64,000 nucleotides of DNA from Eledone cirrhosa (lineage: Eukaryota). The notes under the pieces were generated by a model. The model made no database searches and was not told the DNA's origin. It worked only from the letters and a program-made list of their open reading frames with translations. Positions 1-10,119 of this stretch are shown here, piece by piece (the stretch's first letter is position 1; each line of letters opens with the position of its first letter). The position numbers were made by a program, and so were the translations under genes. Location: positions 73,594,001-73,658,000 of the forward strand of contig OZ024747.1 of the NCBI GenBank assembly GCA_964016885.1, read 5' to 3'.

Positions 1-394
1 ACATGTACATACATATACGTACATCGATATACATATATATATATATATATATACACACACATAGACATATAGATACATACACACACAACTTACATACACA
101 CATATATATATACATGTATATTCATACATAGAATTAGATATATAATCATACATACATATGCACTTACTTATACTCATATATACAAATACATACGCATCTA
201 TATATGCGTATATACATAAAAAACCACTACAACCTCACCTAACTCAGACATACAAATAAAAATAATAATAAAAAGGCATATGTATATACATACACACACG
301 CATTAATAGAGATATATATATACACACATACATACACATATATATATATATATATATACACATATATATATATATATATACACACACATACACT

Positions 395-432
<38 letters not shown>

Positions 433-678
433 GATATGCACACACTCATACCACCATAAATACACATACAAACACCCACATATACATATATATACACACG
501 TATATATATATATATATATATACACACACATAAAAAACAGACATGCACATATATATATATTTTTTTACACTTATATATACACATATTATATACACATACA
601 CAACCTCACTTATACACACATACACATAAGTTATATTATAATAATAAAGAATAATATATATATATATATATATATATA

Positions 679-1134
679 CATGGTGGCTGCCAACTCGTTT
701 TCGAGTACGGCCACTACTTTATATCCATGTAGGAGAACCCCTACTGATGCGCTGAACGAGTGTGACTTTTTAGTCCAGCCAGCGACTTGAAAGTTCTGGT
801 ACAAACACTACACTTGTGACAATTATTGACACATAGTGCTGGGCCCATGGTACCATGTGACGACAAATGCAGAGAGATCTCCAGATATAAAGCAATGCCT
901 GTGCCGTGAAGCTTTTATAGTGAGCAAAGGCACTGCACAAAGCCAGTCCCACTCTCTTAACCAAGATGATATTTACCAAAAAGAAGAACAAGTCAACATC
1001 ATTGGATACCATCAGGGTTGCAGGTGTTATATCAGAGTTTTCCTTCTCCTAGAATTCTGCCTTGACAAAGGCTAAGGGGTCATCTCTCCCGGTGATTTTG
1101 GATGGCCATTGACTCTTAAGAGCTCCTTTGCCTC
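679..1134 (-). mobile_element. Non-autonomous bipartite RTE-LINE derivative nested in the PLE 3' region
   Basis: Reverse complement of 7580-8035. Confidence 0.7.
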
Positions 1135-1253
1135 ATATATATACATACACATATATATATACATATACATACATACACATACATACATACATATAAACAT
1201 ATACATACATAAATACACACATACGAATATAGACATATATTCACACATAGACA

Positions 1254-1314
<61 letters not shown>

Positions 1315-2437
1315 ATATACACAGACACATATACACACTCACATATATATATATGTGTGTGTGTGCACACACACATATATACACACACACACACACATAC
1401 ACATAAACACATACATATGCATACATGCACACACACACACATATATCACATAGATACGAAGATAAACATATAAATAGAGAGACATACATATATATACAAC
1501 ACACATACACACACATACATACACACGCATATACATATACATATATATATACATATATATATTCCTATATATACATGCATACACATATATACACATATAT
1601 ACACATACATACACATATACGTACACACATTCACATACACATACATATATAATGCATATATACACATATATACATACATATACACACTCATATATACACA
1701 CGCAATCTTACATTCATATTTGCATGCGCATATATGTATTTTTATATTTAGATATAAATACCCAAACCTATATAGACACCTACCTACATATATATTCATA
1801 CATAGACGCTTACAAATACAGATGATAATAGTATGGGGGAAAGGGGGGGTTTGGAGAAGGGGATCAAAGTAAATATATGTTTCAAGAAACAGAATATTTT
1901 CCGTATCTTTATCCAATGTATGTTCTTACATATTTTCAGTGTTAGGAAATACAACAAACAAGAACTAAGGCAAAATCTATGCATCTCAAAATAAACAAGT
2001 ATACCATTAATCATATGTTAACTAAACCAAAGATAGTCAACATATTGATTTCTAAGGTGTAAATTAGTTAGGTTTATAATATTTGAAGCAGAATTTTGAA
2101 GTTAAACAGTAGTAGATTATTAATTACAGTATAACTAAATTAAAGTTAAAAACGTTATGGTATCAATATTAGGAAATGAATTTAGTAATAGGGAAAAAAA
2201 ACACAAATAAAAATAAAATAAAGTATTACATCGGTAGTAGAATATAAATTATATGTTAACTAAATTAAAAATTATAAATTTATTTCAATAGTATATGTTA
2301 ATTAGGTATACAATACATAAAGCAGATATTGTATTTCATCAATAGCATAATATAATTATATGCAAATAGAAATCAAAATTAATACGCATACATATACACA
2401 TACATACACATACATATATACATATATATACACACAT

Positions 2438-2476
<39 letters not shown>

Positions 2477-2995
2477 TACATACACATATACATACACACA
2501 CACACATACACATACACATATACATATACATATCTTTTTCAAAAAATTGCATAGAATATATTAACTAGGTATATATCCAAAACACATCCCATTCTATGAT
2601 TACATGACATTCTGCAATTCGTCTGTATAAGGATACTAATTTTAAGCAAATTAAAATTAAAATTTTTAGGTTGATTAAAACTAAAACCAAATAATAAATA
2701 TATTTCTAAAATGTATATTAATTAGGTCTATAATACTAAAAATTATTTCTCTGTCATTGGATACACGATATTATTTTGTTATATTTTATCTGTAAAAGAA
2801 TTATAATAAAAGGTTTAAATAAATTAAAATTAATCTATAAATTTAATTACTAAGTATATATTAGTAATATTTAAAGGTTTTTCACAATTTATGATTACAT
2901 AATATTTTATATTCTCATCTGTAAAAAAATATTAATTAAATTAAATTTATAGGTTAACTAACATTTAAATTAAGTTAATTTCTAAAATAATGTTA

Positions 2996-5437
2996 TTAAT
3001 TAGGTTTATAATATTTAAATGTTTTTTTTAGTTTATGATTACACGATATAATTAATTCCTGTCGTTTATTTAATAAGATATCCTTAGACTTCATTATTTC
3101 AAATAGTTCTTGGGAACATAATCTACATTCATTTCTATTATTTTGATAAGGGGTGGCTCTTTTGAGCACACTCCAGGTCAAATCATATTTTATATTCTTA
3201 TTTTTATAACTATTGATTTTTTCTGCTAGAGATGTTGTATTAGCCAGTGCGGCATTTTTAAAACTATGCTTGTGGGTATTAAACCTTGTCTTTAAATTGT
3301 TAGAGGTAGCTCCTATATATGAGCAAATAGAATCTTTAGTTTTAACATTACATTTATAGACTATGTTGTTAACAAGACAATTCCCTTTTAATGGGCAGTT
3401 TGCTTTGTTTCTACAGTTACATCCTTTCGTTAATTCTGTATTTGAGGAGATATTATGGTTAATTTGATGTACTGGTGGTATACTTATGGTTTTCTTACAT
3501 TTATATGCATTATATGCACTTATATTTTGTTTTATGTTATTTGTTGTAGAGTATGAGAATTTAACTGTAGACCTATTTAAGATTTGATGGTATTTGTGGT
3601 TTGGCGGGAAGTTTTTCTCAAGGATATAAAAAAATTTTTTAGCAATATTATCCTTAACTTGTAAATTAAAAGGAGCATTATACCAAGTAACCCGTCTATT
3701 ACGGTTTCTATGTTGTTTATTATTTTTATTATTTTTATAGGTTGTATCGTGATTTTTACTAGGAGGATTAATGTTAATGATCTCACCACAACTATTTTTA
3801 GTTATATTTGTAGATTTAGGTGTTTTATCCTTTTTATTAGGAGTTTTATTATTAATATTTATTATAGTTGTATGATGAGTAGTTTTTTGAGAGTTACTAT
3901 ACTTTATATTAGAAGATTTAGTATTTTGGGGTATAGTGTGGGTGGCATTTAGGTGTGTACTTTTCATTTGGTGTTTGTTGGTAATATTATGTTGTATGCT
4001 TTCAGTATTTTTAGTAGAAGGTATATACTCTAATCTATTTTTGTGGCCACTTCTATCTAGAGCTTCGTTATAGAAGGTCGCATTTTTATCAAATACATCT
4101 TGGTTAGAAGAAAGGTTAGAAATTCTAAGTGATATATTATATGCAAGGTTTTTAAGGATAGATTTAGGGTGATTAGATTGTGAGTGTATGTAATGTAAGT
4201 TTTGGTTAGGTTTATGGTAAGGTTGGTAGATACCCGTAGCTAAATCTAAAGTTATATCTAGGAAATTTACTACTTTACTTGTTTTTTCAAAAGTAATATT
4301 AAGATTATAATAGTCTTTAAGGAAAGTTCTAATATGTTTTTTGTTTTTTTCGATTTCTGAAAGGCTAAGGTTGTTAGAAAGAAGAAGACAGTCATCACGA
4401 TATAAACCACCTTTGAGGTGGGGAAAAGAGGCATTTATGTTGAAAAGGAGAAAGAGGCCCACAAGATCAGTAATTTGGGCGGAATCGCTTGAACCCATAG
4501 TAATATCAAAAAGATTACTGTATGTGTTTCTGGTCCAGTATTCATTCTGAAATTCAATAAGTGTTAGTCTAGCATGTGTAATAATGTTAATGTCATCCAA
4601 AGTTAAGTTAGATCTATTTTTAGCAAATATCAATGCTTTGTTCAGGAGTATAGGTGATATAGAAGAATAGTAATTATCTATATCAAATTGTAGGAAAGAA
4701 GCAGAAGATTTACACCTAATATTTTTAAACCAGTTAATTACCTGGGAGGTGTTTTCCCAGAGTGGTAAAATAACGTGTTTTCTTATTTGTGGGATGACTC
4801 TATCTAAAATTTTTTTGCTAATTATTCCAATATCTGATTTGGAGGGACATATAAGTCTAATAGAAGGATTTGAGTTAAAGTTAGATTTGTGATCTTTCAG
4901 GTTGAAGTGTGGTCTTTTCAATGCCAAAGGTTCAGTTCTATCTTCAATGTTTAGTTTTTTTACTATGTTGTGTGTTTTGTTGTTGATGTTGGTGAGTGAC
5001 ACATTATTAGATTTTTTATAATTTTTTCTGAGTTCTTTATATATGAACTCGTTATAATGTTCAATATCCATATGATACAAGTTACCAGTTTTGTCCGAGT
5101 GGACATGGATTTTTTTAGACTTTTTTAGGTCCAATAGGGTAGAATCAAGGTCCTTTTGAAAGACGGATTTATACTTTTTAAATTTGAGGTGTTTAATTAA
5201 ATTAAAAAGGTCTTTCTCGAAGTCTTCAAGTAAAAAGTTGTGTGGTGGATTCTTGTAAGTATTGAAATCATACATATATTTCCGATCTGCTTGTTTAGAT
5301 TTTCTATCGAAGTGGTAGGCTCTCCATCTAACCCTTCTGATAAAATTATTAGTTTTCTGAATCATAAGGAGTAAGAAGTCGTCCTTAGAAGGTATTGGTA
5401 TGTTTTTTAAGGAGGTTCCTAAATATTGTTTTTCCAT
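2996..5437 (-). CDS. Penelope-like (Naiad-like) reverse transcriptase + GIY-YIG endonuclease, intact, 813 aa from the first ATG
   Basis: N-term SLKNIPIP..RRVRWRA; RT motifs FDIDNYYSSI, FDITMGSSDSAQITDLVG, GLYRDD, VNFLDITL; CNCRNKANCPLKGNC knuckle; IVY..YIG..R..H nuclease; CRLC. Track start 5458 is TTG, first ATG is 5437. Confidence 0.92.
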   Translation of the reverse strand: MEKQYLGTSLKNIPIPSKDDFLLLMIQKTNNFIRRVRWRAYHFDRKSKQADRKYMYDFNTYKNPPHNFLLEDFEKDLFNLIKHLKFKKYKSVFQKDLDSTLLDLKKSKKIHVHSDKTGNLYHMDIEHYNEFIYKELRKNYKKSNNVSLTNINNKTHNIVKKLNIEDRTEPLALKRPHFNLKDHKSNFNSNPSIRLICPSKSDIGIISKKILDRVIPQIRKHVILPLWENTSQVINWFKNIRCKSSASFLQFDIDNYYSSISPILLNKALIFAKNRSNLTLDDINIITHARLTLIEFQNEYWTRNTYSNLFDITMGSSDSAQITDLVGLFLLFNINASFPHLKGGLYRDDCLLLSNNLSLSEIEKNKKHIRTFLKDYYNLNITFEKTSKVVNFLDITLDLATGIYQPYHKPNQNLHYIHSQSNHPKSILKNLAYNISLRISNLSSNQDVFDKNATFYNEALDRSGHKNRLEYIPSTKNTESIQHNITNKHQMKSTHLNATHTIPQNTKSSNIKYSNSQKTTHHTTIININNKTPNKKDKTPKSTNITKNSCGEIININPPSKNHDTTYKNNKNNKQHRNRNRRVTWYNAPFNLQVKDNIAKKFFYILEKNFPPNHKYHQILNRSTVKFSYSTTNNIKQNISAYNAYKCKKTISIPPVHQINHNISSNTELTKGCNCRNKANCPLKGNCLVNNIVYKCNVKTKDSICSYIGATSNNLKTRFNTHKHSFKNAALANTTSLAEKINSYKNKNIKYDLTWSVLKRATPYQNNRNECRLCSQELFEIMKSKDILLNKRQELIISCNHKLKKTFKYYKPN

Positions 5438-5780
5438 TGTGATATGGATGATGGACAATTGAAAGAGCTCAACTAAATGTATATGGGTTTACAAAATCAT
5501 ACATATATATATGTTTATACATAAATATAAAATTAATACACACATACAGTACAAAAATACGAATATTTCCGTGAAAATAGGAGCAAAATTATGTAGATAA
5601 ATCTACCAAGAGTTTACGGTAGTGTCCAATCCGTATGAAGAACTCAATGTATTCCGGATATCATGGAAAGAAGAGATGTAATGAAAAACCACTTTCGGTG
5701 AAAGATAAACGGTATACAGAGTCAAGATAAAATATTAAACAAATAATGAATAAACAATTCCTTATATTAAACAAAAAAAG

Positions 5781-5935
5781 TTCATTATTTAACGATCGTT
5801 TCTAGGATATATATGTGTTAGAATTGGTATGCATATTCAACAGATCTATGTACAAAATTATACAAAATTATACAAATTATCAAGATTAAATATACATACC
5901 AAACACATATATACGCCGTCTTCAGAAATAATGAA
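5781..5935 (-). ncRNA. Hammerhead ribozyme, inverted copy
   Basis: Reverse complement of 16466-16620. Confidence 0.85.
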
Positions 5936-6239
5936 GTATATTTATTGATAATAACAACAATTCAAAATTTCAGTTCAAAATTGACCAATGAAAACACAAA
6001 GGGTTAAATGCAGTTCGGTGTGTGTATATACATGTAAAACCCTTACACATATTTTACAAAAATGTATGTATAATTTGTATACGCATACTAAAAGGATGGA
6101 TGCAAATGTCATGTAATCATAGAATGGGATGTGTTTTGGATATATACCTAGTTAATATATTCTATGCAATTTTTTGAAAAAGATATGTATATGTATATGT
6201 GTATGTGTATGTGTGTGTGTGTATGTATATGTGTATGTA

Positions 6240-6278
<39 letters not shown>

Positions 6279-7399
6279 ATGTGTGTATATATATGTATAT
6301 ATGTATGTGTATGTATGTGTATATGTATGCGTATTAATTTTGATTTCTATTTGCATATAATTATATTATGCTATTGATGAAATACAATATCTGCTTTATG
6401 TATTGTATACCTAATTAACATATACTATTGAAATAAATTTATAATTTTTAATTTAGTTAACATATAATTTATATTCTACTACCGATGTAATACTTTATTT
6501 TATTTTTATTTGTGTTTTTTTTCCCTATTACTAAATTCATTTCCTAATATTGATACCATAACGTTTTTAACTTTAATTTAGTTATACTGTAATTAATAAT
6601 CTACTACTGTTTAACTTCAAAATTCTGCTTCAAATATTATAAACCTAACTAATTTACACCTTAGAAATCAATATGTTGACTATCTTTGGTTTAGTTAACA
6701 TATGATTAATGGTATACTTGTTTATTTTGAGATGCATAGATTTTGCCTTAGTTCTTGTTTGTTGTATTTCCTAACACTGAAAATATGTAAGAACATACAT
6801 TGGATAAAGATGCGGAAAATATTCTGTTTCTTGAAACATATATTTACTTTGATCCCCTTCTCCAAACCCCCCCTTTCCCCCATACTATTATCATCTGTAT
6901 TTGTAAGCGTCTATGTATGAATATATATGTAGGTAGGTGTCTATATAGGTTTGGGTATTTATATCTAAATATAAAAATACATATATGCGCATGCAAATAT
7001 GAATGTAAGATTGCGTGTGTATATATGAGTGTGTATATGTATGTATATATGTGTATATATGCATTATATATGTATGTGTATGTGAATGTGTGTACGTATA
7101 TGTGTATGTATGTGTATATATGTGTATATATGTGTATGCATGTATATATAGGAATATATATATGTATATATATATGTATATGTATATGCGTGTGTATGTA
7201 TGTGTGTGTATGTGTGTTGTATATATATGTATGTCTCTCTATTTATATGTTTATCTTCGTATCTATGTGATATATGTGTGTGTGTGTGCATGTATGCATA
7301 TGTATGTGTTTATGTGTATGTGTGTGTGTGTGTGTATATATGTGTGTGTGCACACACACACATATATATATGTGAGTGTGTATATGTGTCTGTGTATAT

Positions 7400-7460
<61 letters not shown>

Positions 7461-7579
7461 TGTCTATGTGTGAATATATGTCTATATTCGTATGTGTGTA
7501 TTTATGTATGTATATGTTTATATGTATGTATGTATGTGTATGTATGTATGTGTATATATATATGTGTATGTATATATAT

Positions 7580-8035
7580 GAGGCAAAGGAGCTCTTAAGA
7601 GTCAATGGCCATCCAAAATCACCGGGAGAGATGACCCCTTAGCCTTTGTCAAGGCAGAATTCTAGGAGAAGGAAAACTCTGATATAACACCTGCAACCCT
7701 GATGGTATCCAATGATGTTGACTTGTTCTTCTTTTTGGTAAATATCATCTTGGTTAAGAGAGTGGGACTGGCTTTGTGCAGTGCCTTTGCTCACTATAAA
7801 AGCTTCACGGCACAGGCATTGCTTTATATCTGGAGATCTCTCTGCATTTGTCGTCACATGGTACCATGGGCCCAGCACTATGTGTCAATAATTGTCACAA
7901 GTGTAGTGTTTGTACCAGAACTTTCAAGTCGCTGGCTGGACTAAAAAGTCACACTCGTTCAGCGCATCAGTAGGGGTTCTCCTACATGGATATAAAGTAG
8001 TGGCCGTACTCGAAAACGAGTTGGCAGCCACCATG
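7580..8035 (+). mobile_element. Non-autonomous bipartite RTE-LINE derivative nested in the pLTR
   Basis: RTE-like 5'UTR (ctaggagaaggaaaactctga) joined to a C-terminal C2H2 remnant CSVCTRTFKSLAGLKSHTRSAHQ* (7902-7973) and a 3' hairpin ctcg-aaaa-cgag; related free copy at 50690-51231. Confidence 0.7.
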
Positions 8036-8281
8036 TATATATATATATATATATATATATTATTCTTTATTATTATAATATAACTTATGTGTATGTGTGT
8101 ATAAGTGAGGTTGTGTATGTGTATATAATATGTGTATATATAAGTGTAAAAAAATATATATATATGTGCATGTCTGTTTTTTATGTGTGTGTATATATAT
8201 ATATATATATATACGTGTGTATATATATGTATATGTGGGTGTTTGTATGTGTATTTATGGTGGTATGAGTGTGTGCATATC

Positions 8282-8312
<31 letters not shown>

Positions 8313-8764
8313 GTATGAGTGTATGTGTGTGTATATATATATATATATATGTGTATATATATATATATATATATGTGTATGTATGTGTGTATATATATAT
8401 CTCTATTAATGCGTGTGTGTATGTATATACATATGCCTTTTTATTATTATTTTTATTTGTATGTCTGAGTTAGGTGAGGTTGTAGTGGTTTTTTATGTAT
8501 ATACGCATATATAGATGCGTATGTATTTGTATATATGAGTATAAGTAAGTGCATATGTATGTATGATTATATATCTAATTCTATGTATGAATATACATGT
8601 ATATATATATGTGTGTATGTAAGTTGTGTGTGTATGTATCTATATGTCTATGTGTGTGTATATATATATATATATATATGTATATCGATGTACGTATATG
8701 TATGTACATGTATGTACATGTATGTGTGTATGTATGTGTATGTATATTTAGGTGTATGTGTATG

Positions 8765-8803
<39 letters not shown>

Positions 8804-9621
8804 ATATATATATATATGTATATATCTTTATTATTTATTTTTTATATATATGTGTATGTGTGTATGTGTTGCGTGTGTGTGTGTGTATATATATATCTTT
8901 ATATATGTGTATGTGTATGTTCGTGTAGGTGTATGTGTGTGTATGACTGTATATGTATGTGTGTATGTGTGTATGCGTAAATATTTCTATGTGTGTGTAC
9001 ATGTATGTATGTGTATATATCTGTATGTGTATGTATATTATATTATATTTATTATATTTTATTGTTTTATTTTTTTATTTTTCTTAATTTATAGATACAT
9101 TTATATTAGGCAGTCTGCTCAGACAGTTGAATACTGACCCCTTCCCCTCCCCTCCCACCTAATTTCTGTATCTTGATCTAAAAATGTGTGTGCCAGTGTT
9201 TTATGTGAGTGAATTAATATCCATGTGCTTATGATTTTATATCCACATATATAAATGTGAGTGGGGGTGTGTGTGTGTTTGTATGTTCGTGGTTATGTGT
9301 ATATTTATGCATATACGTGCGTGTATGTGTGATTGTACTGATATGTGTGAGTATGAAAAAATATATTTATATACTTGACTTCATATGTATCAATGCGCAT
9401 CTTATCTGCGCATTGTAAGCTTACAGAGACATTAACCTTGAAATTTTGTATTTGCATCCATCCTTTTAGTATGCGTATACAAATTATACATACATTTTTG
9501 TAAAATATGTGTAAGGGTTTTACATGTATATACACACACCGAACTGCATTTAACCCTTTGTGTTTTCATTGGTCAATTTTGAACTGAAATTTTGAATTGT
9601 TGTTATTATCAATAAATATAC

Positions 9622-9776
9622 TTCATTATTTCTGAAGACGGCGTATATGTGTGTTTGGTATGTATATTTAATCTTGATAATTTGTATAATTTTGTATAAT
9701 TTTGTACATAGATCTGTTGAATATGCATACCAATTCTAACACATATATATCCTAGAAACGATCGTTAAATAATGAA
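9622..9776 (+). ncRNA. Type-I hammerhead ribozyme with extended stem II and palindromic mini stem III
   Basis: TTCATTATTT-CTGAAGA-[116-nt hairpin region]-GAAAC-GATC-GTT-AAATAATGAA; perfect 10-bp stem I; predicted cut after 9766. Confidence 0.85.
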
Positions 9777-10119
9777 CTTTTTTTGTTTAATATAAGGAAT
9801 TGTTTATTCATTATTTGTTTAATATTTTATCTTGACTCTGTATACCGTTTATCTTTCACCGAAAGTGGTTTTTCATTACATCTCTTCTTTCCATGATATC
9901 CGGAATACATTGAGTTCTTCATACGGATTGGACACTACCGTAAACTCTTGGTAGATTTATCTACATAATTTTGCTCCTATTTTCACGGAAATATTCGTAT
10001 TTTTGTACTGTATGTGTGTATTAATTTTATATTTATGTATAAACATATATATATGTATGATTTTGTAAACCCATATACATTTAGTTGAGCTCTTTCAATT
10101 GTCCATCATCCATATCACA

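Larger units (their letters stand above)
6105..9830 (+). repeat. Upstream pseudo-LTR (3.73-kb direct repeat) of the Naiad-like element
   Basis: Near-identical to 12947-16674; 6105-8711 is also the reverse complement of ~1-2612. Confidence 0.92.

Noticed and set aside
770-1075. 79-80 aa ORFs recurring four times
   Set aside because: Incidental frames across the RTE-derived repeat
3577-4550. Short overlapping or antisense ORFs within the RT gene
   Set aside because: Shadow frames of a compositionally skewed CDS
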